A DNA stretch of 64,000 bases from Rhizophagus irregularis (taxonomy: Eukaryota): assembly GCF_026210795.1 (NCBI RefSeq), contig NC_089431.1:5208001-5272000 (forward strand), written 5' to 3'. Shown piece by piece: positions 37,222 through 51,760 of this stretch. The notes beneath the pieces were generated by a model. That model was given only the letters and a program-made list of their open reading frames with translations, was not told the DNA's origin and did not search any database. The first letter of the stretch is position 1; every line of letters begins with the position of its first letter. A program made the translations under genes and the position numbers.

Positions 37222-38722
37222 TTAGCGTTTATCATCAATCCTATTCAATTTGAATACTTCACATTCTTCTATAGTGAATTGATTTGTAGTTTTTCTAATT
37301 GGTTTTTCATAAAAAACTTTTTTACAATAATTACCATTTAACATGCTCCATATAATAAAATCATCTTTACCAAATGATGGACCATTAAGAAAATTATTAA
37401 TTATTGCATTTCCTTCATTCATTACACGACTTAAGATATAATTTTCATTATTAAAAGAGAATATAAAACTATCTTTAGTAGTTCCATAATATCTATCAGA
37501 TTTCCATTAAATTGGATTGTATCCTCCAAGAATTTCGTTACTACCATTAACCTTAACAATTGTTACTGTGTGAGATTCACCATCACAAATTTCATGAAAT
37601 TTATCTCGTGTAAGTCCATCACGAGATCCACGAAACAATAATTTAAATTTGAAATTAGTGGTTAACTTATCAGTAATTTCTAACCTATTGACCCATTTCA
37701 AGATTAATTCAGCATGTTGATATGTAATAATTTTTGAATCAATAGCTCTTAATTTAGGAGTTTCTCTAAACATATGAGGTTTTGATTCGTTATTTGGTTT
37801 ACTACTAGGATCAGAGAGATTTAAAAAAGTTTCTAATAGGTCTTTATATAATTCTTTTGGTAAAATTCTTTTAAAAGGTAATACTTTATCTGTAAATTCT
37901 TTGGAAGTGAAATTGTAAAAATTAATAAATGGAATACAATGTTGTAAGGTATTCTTTAAAGTATTAAAATCATCTTTTGAATATCTTGTAAAGTCAGAGG
38001 GAAGTTCAGGATTTTGAGCAAGTCCCCATTTAAGAACTTGCTCCCAAATTTGAATTTCACTCATTTGAAGGTTATCACTTTGAATAATTGAAACTAAAAG
38101 TTTTTCTGAAACTGAAGAAAAATTTGTAGATTTGAATATCTTATCCGGTTCCTTTGTAACTAAGTCAGTACAATATTTTTGAAGATTCAAGAACGAATCA
38201 TTTTTAAAACTTGCTTGATAAATGAAATCAAAATTTTGTTCCATCCAACTTGCTTTATTGACTATCAAGAAGGATTGTAAATATGTGATTAATTCCTGAA
38301 GACTAAGTTCATTAGCAGCAATTAAGATTTTAATTATATCCGAAGCATCATATTCTTTCAAAGGAAGTCTTCCTCCATAAATATACCTAAAATATAAAAA
38401 TAAATAAATAAATATTCGTATATTCGTAATAAATCATGTCTACATTTTATAATTTTTATACATACCTCAAAATAATTTGAAAAATTTCGGGTGAAATATT
38501 TGGTAATTTGATATGCGTCAAAGTTTCGTCATTCTTCTTTTTATTAGTTGACAAAATTCTTCGCAAATAAGGAGAACGATAATATAAAACAACTATATGA
38601 GCACGAAAGACTCTTACATAAGGGTCATTACCAACTTCAATTGTAATATCATAATATTCATCATCATTCAAAATTTCAAGTAAATTTTGTGATAACTTTG
38701 GTAAAAACTTATTGTCATCCAT
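37222..38722 (-). pseudogene. BTB-BACK-TLDc copy 6 with in-frame nonsense codon in TLDc
   Basis: Exons 38722-38466 and 38386-37222; GGYNPI-TAA-WK at 37507-37509 where paralogs have GAA; frame continues intact afterwards. Confidence 0.88.
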
Positions 38723-39745
38723 TTTTATAATTTTAAACGTTAACGAAAGGAATGAAGGAAAATTAATCCAAATTTGTATACAGTCAACCGGCTCAGCCCT
38801 TATATAATTTAGTTCTATATTCTGTACAACAATAAATTTAATTGAGACTAAAAATAGCTGATCAGCATAAACAGGACCCAAAATATAAAAATTTTTATTA
38901 CCTTTATTAGATACTGGCTGACATTATCTTTAATTCCGTCCGGCCCTAATAAAATGTATTATTTTAGGGTTCTTTTTAAACTCCCAGTCTCCCATTTTTT
39001 ACAAATGATCGACGTTAAATACTTTATTAGTTATCTGATAGAAATTAATAATCTTGCTGAATGCACAAATATAACGTAACGGTCGTAACGTTGCTATAAA
39101 TTTGAGTTTAAACATTTTGATGAATCGAAATATACCTTTTTACTTTATACGGTACATTCAGTAAATTTTGATTACCATGAGGAAAAATTATTATACGAAC
39201 AGTACAAAAATTAGTGTAGCGCATCGGTTCACTTAAGAATTATTCAATTGATAGTATCTATCAAATGGAATAAACCGTTGGCATTACTGACAACAATTTT
39301 TTTTTTAATTTATTTATTGAATTTAAATTTCTTTTAAGTAACTTTTAATTAATGACTATTAACAAATATATCCTATTATATAATATAAAAAAATAATTTT
39401 TATATAAGTTTTCTCTGTTTGACAACAATATAGTATTAATTCATAATATTGTTCATTTGAAATATTTTCCTAAATTTATCACTTTGATAAATCTATTTCT
39501 TGGAAAAATAATTGTTTCATTATAATTTTCGTTCACTAATGAGATTTGTCTAAGTTCTATAGAAAATGTAATCGGAATATCTAATTTTTTGCAAAATGTC
39601 AATTTCAGTGCTTTTTATCGTTCGCGCCAAAATTTTACTATTGATCATATAATAAATCAAAACGAATATCATGTTTTGTCCTAATTAATATTTATTATAT
39701 AAGAAGTTGTGGGATTTTGGCATATTAACAAATGCAACATAAATC

Positions 39746-41233
39746 CTATACAATTTGAAATACTTCAGATTCTTCCACCGAAAATTTATCTACAGTACTT
39801 CTAATCGGTTTTTCATAATTCTTTTGTTTGCAAACATTACCACAATACTTGCCAAATATATAAAGATCACTTCCAAACGATGGACCACAATTTTTACTAT
39901 TCCATGTAGAATAATTTTCATTCGTTACGCGACTTAAAATATATTTTTCAGTTCCATTATTGTGAAAAGAGAATATAAAACTATCTTCAGTAGTGCTGTT
40001 ACTTTGATTTGATTTCCATTCAATAGGATTATATCCACCAAGAATTTCGTTACTATCTTTCACTTTAACAATTGTTACTGTGCGTGAATGATTATCACAA
40101 ATTTCATGAAATTTATTTGGTGATAGTCCATCTCGAGATCCACGGAATAATAATTTAAATTCATATGAAGAAGTTAACTTGGCTGTAATATCTAATCTAT
40201 CAATCCATTTTAAAATTAATTCAGCATGTTGATACGTTATAACTTTTGAATCAATAGTTTTAGATTTAATTTCTTTAATCATTCGTGGTTCTGATTTATC
40301 AATTGGTTTACTGTTGGGATCCGAAAGATTTAAATAAGTTTTTAATAAATCTTTATATAACTCCTTTGGTAAAATTCTTTTATAAGGTAATACTTTATCT
40401 GTAAATTCTTTAGATGTGAAGTTGTAAAATCTAATAAAAGGAATAAGTTGTTGTAAAGTATTCTTTAAAGTATTAAAGTCATCCTTTAAATAGTTTGTAA
40501 AGTCAGAGGAGAGTTCAGGATTTTGAGCAAGTCCCCAATTAAGTATATATTCCCAAATTTGAATTTCACTTATTTGAAGGTTACCATTTTGAATAATTGA
40601 AATTAAAAGTTTTTCTGAAACTGAAGAGAAATTTGGTGATTTGAATATCTTATCTGGTTCTTTTGCCACTAAATTAGTGCAATATTTTTGAAGTTCCATA
40701 AAAGAATCACTTTCAAAACTGACTTGATAAACGAAATCAAAATTTTGTTCCATCCAATTTGTTTTGTTTTCGATTAAAAAAGATTGTAAATACATGATTA
40801 ATTCCTGAAGACTAAGTTCACTGGCAGCAATTAGGGTTTTAATTATGTCTGAAGTATCATAATCTTTTAAAGAAAGCTTTCCTCCATAAATATACCTAAA
40901 TTAAAAAAATAATAATAATTATTAATAAAATATAATAAAAAACGTCAATAATTTTATATAGTAATCATCATACCTTAAAATAATTTGAAAAATTTCAGGC
41001 AAAATATTTGGTAATTTGATATGTGATAAAATTCCATCATTCTTCTTTTTTTTATTGATTGACAAAGTTCTTTGCAAGTAAGGAGAACGATAATGTAAAA
41101 TAACCATATGAGCACGAAAGACCTTTACGTAAGGGTCATTACCAACTTCAATGGTAACATCATAATATTCTTCATCATTTAAAATTTCAAGTAAATTTTG
41201 TGATAACTTTGGCAAAAACTTGATATCGTCCAT
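39746..41233 (-). CDS. BTB-BACK-TLDc protein, copy 7 (exons 41233-40974, 40895-39746)
   Basis: Domain motifs incl. LLFRGSRDG, ILGGYNP, GPSFGSDL; conserved intron. Confidence 0.92.
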
Positions 41234-42239
41234 TTAATAATTTTTTAAAAAAAAAGAAAAAAAAATCAATCCATATTTGTAAATGTTCAAACCTTATATA
41301 ATTAGTGGTTGTGCTCTGTGCAACATTAAATTCAGCATCGATCGTCAAATGTGCGCAGCAGGACTCTTCATATAAGGCCAAAAAAATTGAATTATAATAA
41401 TGCCAGCCAGTATCTAAAAAAGGAAATAATTCCTAATCTAGAGTTATCAAAAAATATTCGTAAAAGGAAAGAACTACATGATTATTTTGTATGCAGCTAA
41501 TGTAATTTTACGTTGTTTTCAAATGTTGATTGCGTACTTAATATTCTCTAAAAAAAGTCAATCCGTTTTTTATATTCCATCTTTTTTCCTAAAAGGCTCG
41601 TATTTTCAGAATTAATAACCTTATATCATAGAATTTATCAAATTTTACATTTTCCGTGAATGAATCCGGGAAAGGCTCATTTTTACAGAGTTTTTGCAGA
41701 AATAACTGATAAATTTTTTTATAGGGATTTTCCTAACGCGGATTGAGTCGATATTAAACGTTTGGCCAGAGTTAACAAAATCTAGCAAAATTTTTAAAAA
41801 TATTCTTACCGAGATAACCAGATTCTTACCAGTTTATTTTCAAATACCGATATTTAAACAAAATACTGTAAAAATAATTTCATACTTTATGCGTATTTAA
41901 TTATTGGGATCCTATGCTGAAAAGCGATTTCTACAACTACTTCACATATATTTTTAATAGAACTATCCCAAAATTTTTTATGCGGCATGGGCACAAAATA
42001 ATCGCAAAAATGTGCAAAATTTCGTGCATAAAAAAATTGATTTTGCGTACCCCGAAAAAGCGCATTGTCTGCATATTTAGTGATGCACAATTAATTGTTC
42101 AAAGTTTTGTGCATTTTCAACATAATATATTGTAAAAATATAACTTTATTATTTAATATTTTATAAATTAATTGCGTAAATTTAGCATTTTTTGTTTGCA
42201 ATTTGTATTCTAATCTAAAGTACAATAAAACTATAAATA

Positions 42240-43570
42240 ATCAACGAAATCAAAACCCACCAAAACCTAAACACAAAATATAAAAATAAAACCAAATAGA
42301 TTAATAATTAGTAAAATTGAAACTAGCCAAAAATAAATAAAATTGATACCAACCGGAATATAACCCAAGGAAAATTTAGCAATGTGTGAAAATATAAAAT
42401 AACTAAATAAATTTGTTAGTAAACTGAAATGCGTGAAATACAAAAATACCACAATAAAATAATTAACTTAAATGATAAAATAATGAATTAATAAAATTAA
42501 TGCCAACCGAAAATATAAAGATACAATAAATTTATTAGTAAATTTGGAAAAGTGTCACTCTTAATCGTACTAATGAATGTGCAAATAGTAAAGATATTTG
42601 AGCTGCGTTAATAATTGCTTTGCGCGATATTCCTGCAGCTCAGAAATTATGCTGTCATCATTGCGAAAAAAGGCCAACAAATGATGTAACTTTGGTGGCA
42701 TGGTGGACATGGACGAATTATAAATCAAAATGTGCAAAATATAAAAGAACAACCAAAATCAGCAGAAGTGTTGTGACGAATTAGCAAAATTAAACAATAA
42801 ACAATAAATAGTGAAATTGATACCAACCAGAAATAAGAAGTTCCCAAAGAAATATTGGATGTGTGAAAATATAAAAATAACCCAATAAAATTATTAACGA
42901 AATTCCAACTTGAAATAAATATAAAATGATCAAAGTACTTAGTAAAAACCAATAAAAAAACAACAAATTAACCAATCAGGTATATGAAAAAATATTGGCA
43001 AATCAAAACACATGAAAAACCAACCGAAAATATAAAAATAACTCAAGAATAATATAAATGAAACCAGACAATATAGATAGTTCAAGAAAATGTTAACGAA
43101 ATATAGTATTAACGAATCAAACAAAAATCAAGATAGAAATTGATTCAATAAAAATAATATCAATGAAATCAAATCATAAACAGAAATTGAAACAAAAATC
43201 AATATAAAAAGAGATCCGATAGAAATATAAATGAAATCGGAGATCAAAGATAAAAATTTCAATGAAATTGAACCAGAAATCAAAGTAGAAAAGATTCAAA
43301 AATAATATTAACCAGAAACCAAAGATAATAGATCAGTAAAAAATATTAAAATCAAACCAGAAATTAAAATGGAAAATTTCTACTGAAACTAAAGATAGAA
43401 TTTTCCAAGAAAATATTGAAATTGAACTAGAGAATGGCCAAGAAAATATTAACCAAGTCAGATAAAATTTCCAAAAAAATAAATATTGATGAAATCAGCA
43501 GAAATCAAGATAGAGAATAACCTTAGAAAATTTCAAAGAAATATTAATGAACCAAAATCTGAAATCGGAA
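42240..43570. repeat. Degenerate A-rich tandem/dispersed repeats
   Basis: Recurring AAATTGATACCAACC..GTGTGAAAATATAAAA units and GAAATCAAGATAGAA-like units. Confidence 0.55.
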
Positions 43571-45758
43571 ATATACTGTATTTATATAAAATTGCAAAAG
43601 CTTAATTATACTATGGTTGCCTAATTAAAACTTATTAAATTTTGACCGATAATATTTATAGTTTACTGGATAAATAAACCAGATAGGCAGGATCAATCTT
43701 TCATTATATGAATTTCAGTATAGTTTTCAGTATGGATATAAAAATTGGTGGTACAGTTAATGATGACCATATGCCTTGATGTTAATAGTATGGATTTACT
43801 TCGGATTTATGGGTTTGACGTACCGTTCAAAGATCCATATGATCTTTGTTTCATTAATAAAGTGTGGTGCCCTGTTTTGCAAAAAGTTAATGTAGTTAAA
43901 ATTTTAAGCTGTTTAAATAACAGCCATGGGATGTTTAATGGAATCTAATTCGGAAATAGTCTTTTAAAGCTAATAATTATGTAACCGCAGTATATCCGAT
44001 TCTTCATCCTGATAATAGATCTATCTGATGATTGATTTACTATTCACATAACTGATCAGTTTATAATTTTACTACACCATCCGTTTGAACAAAACCCAAA
44101 GTCCTACAAAAAGATGTCCTTATGGTATCACTAACAGGAAAGATCCTTTTAGATTTGAGTTTGTAGAAGGAATACACTTTTTGCAATCAGCCTGAACACA
44201 ATTCACTTTTCAACTAAACAGGAATTAAAATAATCATTATTTAGTTTGTTTCTGCATCAGATGTTTTTACAATTACAAATCTTCTTTAATATTCTGTTTT
44301 CTATTTTATGCACACCTTGTAAAAATAAAAATTGTACTTGACTTCAGTATTAAACTGATCATATGACTGCAATCACGTGATTATTTCATTACAGGATAGT
44401 AAAAGTTAAAAGTAGGGGGTACGAAACTACGAATATCAGCCGCCTAAAATAAATTAGCTTAGTATCACATGATGATGTACGTATAAGTCGAATAATATTT
44501 ATAAAATCTGCAACCAAGTATTATACATGGAATGGCTGGAATGCTTGAATCTGATGCAATGAGATATGAAGAATAGATTTTAAATAATGATATGTTTTTA
44601 AATTGACAAGAAATTAATTACAAAAAAAAATAATATGATATCAGCTGACATAATCTACATAGTTATTAACGTTAATAAAAAAAAATGTTAAGTGTAATTA
44701 GTGTAATTAAATCCAAAATTTCAAAATATGACTATAAGAAATTCTCATAAGAGCAAATGAAAATTAAAGAAAAAATAAAAAAAAAATAACAAATAAAGAA
44801 TTAGAAAGTGATGAAAGTGATGCTTAAGATACAAATTTATAAACTGTTTATTAAAAAGAAAAAATAATTTTATATGATACAATACTTTGCAGTAAATTGT
44901 AAATAATTACTAATTTTTTGTAAAAATGAACATGTGCAAAAAAAATTTCTTAATTTGTACAAATTTAAACAAAATGACGTACAATATTTTGTAAACAAAC
45001 TGTAAAAAAAAATTGTGCAAATATTAAACAAGAATTATATATGCAATATTGCGCAATAAATTGTAAAAAAATAGTAATATTTTTGTGCAAAAATTTAATA
45101 ATTTAAATTTTTTATAATATATGAATTATTGCGCACTAATGTTATTTTATCCAAAAATAATTAAATTATATCACATTTCAGTAATTATGTACTTTTAACT
45201 TTTGCCATGGATTTAGTATACATGTGTATGTTGTGCCCCAGGTGTCGATTTGCATTAGATGAATTGATGCCTGATGCGCGTCACCTGTATCGCACAATCA
45301 AGACTTTCATGATAAAATTACTTTTTATTTTATAAGTAAGTAATTTAGTATATTACAATAAATTATACATATTATGAAAATTTTATACTTACTTGATTTA
45401 TGTATTAAAATAACGTTTTTTTAAAGGGTTGAATTTTTTTTTCCGAAACTTAATTTATAATTTTAAGTGAAATATTTTTCCATGAGTTTTAATCAAATCT
45501 AATATTTTAGGATTACATATTTTTTAATGTGATACTAATAAATTTATTTATAATAAAAAACTGAATTCATTAAGACTAGAAAATTTACATTCAATTATAT
45601 ACTGTAAAAAAAATCGCAAATGAAAAAATAATTTGACAATTCAAAGTCGCTTTCGTGATAATTAAGTACAACTACATATTATGCAATATAAATATAAATC
45701 TCAGCTTATAGAGAATTACATCGTTTATTTATATGTATTACTAACTAAATTGAACATC

Positions 45759-47240
45759 CTATACAATTTGAAATACTTCGAATTCTTCTATAATAAATTG
45801 ATCTGTAGTTTCTCTAATCGATTTTTCATAACAAGTAATTCTACAAACATTACCATTATAATTGCCCAATATAATAAGGTCATTGCTAAACTTTGGGCCA
45901 CTAAGAGATTCATTAAATATAGCTCTATTTTCATTTGTTACACGGCTCAAGATATGATTTTCAATTCTATCATTATTGTTAAAAGAGAATATAAAACTGT
46001 CTTTAGTAACGCTATGACTTTTATCTGATTTCCATTCAGTTGGATTATATCCTCCAAGAATTTCGTTACTATCTTTCACTTTAACAATTATTACTGTGCG
46101 TGAATGATTATCACAAATTTCATGAAATTTTTCTCGTGTAAGTCCATCACGAGATCCACGAAATAATAATTTAAATTCATATTGAGTGATTAACTTATCT
46201 GTAATTTCTAATCTATCAATCCACTTCAAGATTAATTCAACATGCTGATACATTATAATTTTTGAATCAACAGTTCTTAATTTAATTTCCCTTATACGAG
46301 GATTTGATTTATTAATCGGCTTACTATTAGGATCAGAAATACTTAGAAATGTTTTTAATAATTCTGTATCCAATTCTTTGGGTAGAATTTCTCTATAAGG
46401 AAATACTTTTTCTAAAAATTCTTTTGAAGTTAAATTATAAAATCTGATAAATGGAATAAATTGTTGTAAAGTGTTTTTTAAAATTTTAAAATCGTCATTT
46501 GAATGATTTGTAATATCATGGGAAAGTTCAGGATTTTGAGCAAGTCCCCATCTAAGAACTTGTTCCCAAATTTGAACTTCACTCATTTGAAGGTTATCAC
46601 TTTGAATAATTGAAATTAAAAGTTTTTCTGAAACTGAAGAGAAATTTGGAGATTTGAATATCTTATCTGGTTCCTTTGTCATTAAGTCAGTACAATATTT
46701 TTGAAGATCCAAGAACGAATTATTTTCGAAACTTGTTTGATGAATGAAATCAAAATTTTGTTCCATCCAATTTGTTTTATTTTCAATCAAAAAAGATTGT
46801 AAATATATAATTAATTCCTGAAGGCTAAGTTCACTTGCAGCGATTAAGATTTTAATTATATCCGAGGCATCATCATATTCTTTCAAAGAAACTCCTCCTC
46901 CATAAATATATCTAAATTAAAAAAAAAAATGAATATTCGGAAAATTTATTAAACAATGACAATCATTTTACAATTATTTATACCTTAAAATTATTTGAAA
47001 AATCTCAGGTGAAATATTCGGTAATTTGATATGTGATAAAGTTCCATCATTCTTCTTTTTATTAGTTGATAAAATTCTTTGCAAGTAAGGAGAACGGTAG
47101 TGTAAAATAACCATATGAGCACGAAAGACCTTTACATTTGGATCATTACCAACTTCAATAGTAACATCATAATATTCTTCATCATTCAAAATTTCAAGTA
47201 AATTTTGTGATAACTTTGGTAAAAATTTCTTGTCGTCCAT
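45759..47240 (-). CDS. BTB-BACK-TLDc protein, copy 8 (exons 47240-46984, 46911-45759)
   Basis: Domain motifs; conserved intron. Confidence 0.92.
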
Positions 47241-48805
47241 TTTTATAAAATAGTTAACGGAAAGGAAAGAAAAAAAATTAAGCCAAATTTGTAAAAATGA
47301 TCAAACCTTAAACCTTATATTAATTGGTTTGTTGTGCTCTGTGCAACATTAAATTTAATTGACTGTATATGGAATGCGTCGATCGTCAAATGTGCGCAGC
47401 TCATGATGTATTGATGTTTTCCAATTTTGCTTGCGTCAATTTTTATTTTCCTACCATGTTTTTTTGTATTATGTACGTCTAAAATCTTAATTTAAGTCGC
47501 TATTAAATACTTGGCCAGGGTTAACGAAAGCTAGTGAAATTTTTAAAAGTTTTAATTCTCATCGAGATATACGGGTTTTTTAGTACCAATTTATTTATCA
47601 ATACATCATATTTAATCATTAGGGTACTAGTATGCTACTAAAAGGGGATTTCTCCATAACTTCACAATAAAAATAAATTTAGTTCATTCTGATTTAAATT
47701 TTTTCCTGCATTCACATTAATCCAAAAATAACAAATTATCACATTTAACATTTACTATGTATATTCTTTATCTTTTGACGTAATTTTCGAGTAAGTTTAT
47801 TTATCACCTATCATAGCGATGCATAGCCTCTGGGAATAATTACATAATTCTAGCCAAAATTAATACATGTGACATTTAAAGAGTGTGAAAAATAGATTTT
47901 TACAACAAAAAAATTTTTAGGTCCCAAACCGAAATACATATGAAAAATGAAAAAGTGAGGGTGACAAACATATGGGCTAATCCGACTCACCAACCAAATG
48001 TCACATGAGAATAAGTGTGACAATATCGAACCAATCGAATTTAGTGTAACAAACGAAAAAAAAATCAAAAAAAAATATTTCGAACGCTTCTTTTATGTAA
48101 TAAAACCATTATAAAATACCGTCAAAAATAAAGAATAACCCTTAAAAATATGCTGTTTATTATATAAATTATTATAAATACATATAATATACAATAATTA
48201 CAATAATTATTAAACAATAATGCCTAAAAAATAAAAATAAACCTATTAATATATTTAAAAAAAGTTTTACAGCGTAAACTGCTGTTTAAAATGCCTTAAT
48301 AAACGTAATAATGTGCAAATAATGTTATAAAAATAGAGCACATTATACTAACTTTAACATGTCACATATTTACAACATCCAATAGGAAAACGATTCCCGA
48401 CGATTCCCCACCATATTGTTTTTTTGTAGAAAGCTTATCTAAGTTTATTTTATTTGCAGATCATCACAAATTTCATATATATTCCGCAATTATATCACCT
48501 GATCATTAATTAATGAAATGAGTCCATATGAAAGGGTAATAATGACATCGCACGTGCGATGAATAAATTATGTCATTTTTTAATGTAATTTATTACACAT
48601 GTGTATATAAAACATAATAAAAAATTATTATCACAAAAACGACATGGATCACTATTATCAAATCATTTATTTCACTTACAATTTTTAAGTATAAAAATAA
48701 TGTTAAATACAAATCTTATAGCTTGGAAAGAATTTATTTCGATTAATAATATGCGTTAAATACAGTGAACTAATTCTATCATTGTTACGAATTTAAATAC
48801 CAATC

Positions 48806-50301
48806 CTATACAATTTGAAATACTTCGAATTCTTCTATAGTAAATTGATTTGTAGTTCTTCTAATCGGCTTTTCATAATAACTTTTTTTGCAACAATTAC
48901 CACTGTACATGCCCAATATTATAAGATCATTGTTACCAAATTTTGGACCACTATGAGGATCATTAAATATAGCATTTCCTTTATCCTTTACGCGACTTAA
49001 AATATGGTTATCAATTCTATTATTGTGAAATGAGAATATAAAACTATCTTCAGCAGCCATAAAACCACCCTCATATTTCCATTCAATTGGATTATATCCT
49101 CCAAGAATTTCGTTACTATCTTTCACTTTAACGATTGTTACTGTACGTGAATGATTATCACAAATTTTATGAAATCTATCTTGTTTAAATCCATCACGAG
49201 ATCCACGAAATAATAAATTAAATTCATACGAAGAAGTTAACTTATCTGTACTTTCTAACTTATCGACCCACTTTAAAATCAATTCAGCATATTGATACGT
49301 TATAATATTTGAATCGACAGTTATTGATTTAATTCCTTTAGTTATACGAGGTTTTAATTCAACATTTGGTTTACTGTTGGGATCCGAAAGATTCAAGTAA
49401 GTTTTTAATAAATCTTTATATAATTCCTTTGGTAAAATTCTTTTATAAGGTAATACTCTATCTGTAAATTCTTTAGATGTGAAATCGTAAAATCTAATAA
49501 AAGGAATAACTTGTTGCAAAGTATTTTTTAAAGTATTAAAATCATCCTTTGAATAATTTGTAAAGCTAGATGGAAGTTCAGGATTTTGAGCAAGTCCCCA
49601 ATTAAGTATATGTTCCCAAATTTGAATTTCACTTAATTGGAGGTTATCATTTTGAATAATTGAAATTAAAAGTTTTTCTGGAATTGAAGAAAATTTCGGT
49701 GATTTGAAAATTATATCTGGTTCTTTGGTCATTAAATCAGTGCAATATTTTTGAAGTTCCATTAATGAATCATTTTCAAAACTCGTTTGATAAACGAAAT
49801 CAAAATTTTTCTCCATCCAATTTGCTTCATTTTCGATCAAAAAGGATTGTAAGTAAATGATTAATTCCTGAAGATTAAGTTCACTGGCAGCAATAATGGT
49901 TCTAATTATGTCTGAAGTATCATAATCTTTCAAGGAAAGTCTTCCCCCATAAATATACCTAAATTAAAAACAAAATAATAATAAATATTAATAAAATATA
50001 ATAAAAAAAAACGTCAAATTATTTTATAAAGTAATTCTTCATACCTTAAAATAATTTGAAAGATTTCAGGCAAAATATTTGGTAATTTGATATGTGATAA
50101 GGTTCCATCATTCTCCTTTTTATTAGTTGACAAAATTCTTTGCAAGTAAGGAGAACGATGATGTAAAATAACCATATGAGCACGAAAGACCTTTACATTT
50201 GGATCATTACCAACTTCAATTGTAACGTCGTAATATTCTTCATCATTCAAAATTTCAAGTAAATTTTGTGATAACTTTGGCAAAAACTTGATATCGTCCA
50301 T
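48806..50301 (-). CDS. BTB-BACK-TLDc protein, copy 9 (exons 50301-50045, 49958-48806)
   Basis: Domain motifs; conserved intron. Confidence 0.92.
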
Positions 50302-50587
50302 TTAATAATTTTAAACGTTAAAAAAAAAAAAGAAAAAAAATCAATCCATATTTGTAAATGTTCAAGCCCTTATACATTTATTTTGTTCTGTGCGACTTAA
50401 ATTTCAATAAAGCCAAATCTAGTGTGCATCATGTGCATCATAAATTCGTTACACACAAGATGCAATGCTTATACTTACTACTCTTACTACTTTTACGTCC
50501 CTCTAAGTTTACTCAACTTAATATAATTTTCATTTTTTATTTTTAAAAAAAATTCTTTAACAATTCGTAATAAATTTAACCGAAATA

Positions 50588-51760
50588 ATGGGTAATGTTG
50601 TTGCAGCGCTTTCTGCTATTGATAATGTATTTTGTGATTTGAATTTTTTTTCTTTTTTTTTTGAAATTAACAATTTTATTAACATTATTTGGTTAAGATG
50701 TCTACTTTTTGGATATAGTATCAGTTAGTAATTTATTCATTCATTTATTTTTTTCGAAGAAAAAAAAATAAATTTTTACGATATTAAAATGTTGATCTTT
50801 TTTCTCACATGTTAATGCCATATCTGGAGTTCTTACTATGCCTTATTTTCGTAAAGAATTCCCTAATAATTCCCTTTTGGACCTGCAAAAGAAGAATCAA
50901 TTGTGCCATCGCTTTTAGCAGGATGGTTTTTTGGCATGACAATTGAGGCGCAGTAATTCCGATATGTTCTCTTATTTTTCGTGATTTATAGGAGTTTCAC
51001 TTGCGTCAGGATATTCGTTTGATAAAATTGATAGAAAGTACTCAATTCTTGTCGGATTTTATACTGTGTTTGTTATCGGTGGTATTTTGCAAGCAACTTC
51101 TACGATATTTGCTCAAATGTACGGGGAAGAATTGTTGCTAGTTGGGCGAGTATATGAAGATCCCTACGTAACAAGCATTAGAAATTATATTTTGATATGA
51201 TAAGTAGTAATTGAATTAATGTAGCTACATAGTATTTATTTATTCGTATTTATAAACTAAAAAATGATTTCCTTATAAATTTAAAGCATCAATCCGAAAT
51301 TAACTCAAAAAAAATTTGTGGACGTCTGGTATCTCTTCAACAATAATCGATTACTATAGGGTAATTTTTTATATATATTTTTTATTTTTATATAAATGTA
51401 TTACAACTTTTGTCTTTTTATTTATTTTTAATTTTTCTTTTTTTTTAGGATTGCAATTTCATTTGGATCGATTATGCTACATCCATATCAATAATGAAGA
51501 GTTTATTAATTCTTAGTTAATAAATAATGATTTTTATATTCTTCTCTTTTAATCACATACTTGAAGGTTGTTTTTTTCTTATCATTGTGCTATGTATTTT
51601 CTCATTTAAAAGTTATTATAGGACCATTTTTTTATTCCATTTTCACCACATTGGTTAGTTGTTCAAAGATCGTGATGAAGAAGCATTAATAATATTAGCA
51701 AGCTTACGATCCGAAGGAGATAAAAATGCAACAGCTGTAACAAGAAGAATATAACCAAGC
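50588..51760 (+). pseudogene. MFS sugar-porter (hexose transporter) pseudogene, N-terminal half
   Basis: Fragments ISGVLTMPYFRKEF, SIVPSLLAG, DKIDRKYSILVG, VFVIGGILQA, GRIVA, QSEI..GRLVSLQQ*SITIG, IPFSPHWLV, RDEEALIILASLR with introns, stops and frameshifts. Confidence 0.8.

Noticed and set aside
42267..43124. Short hydrophobic minus-strand ORFs
   Set aside because: Come from A-rich degenerate repeats; no recognisable domain
43745..44330. Possible coding relic
   Set aside because: Slightly higher complexity, but no sustained frame or motif I can identify
9264..49000. Small antisense ORFs overlapping kinase, fasciclin and BTB genes
   Set aside because: Shadow frames of real genes on the opposite strand
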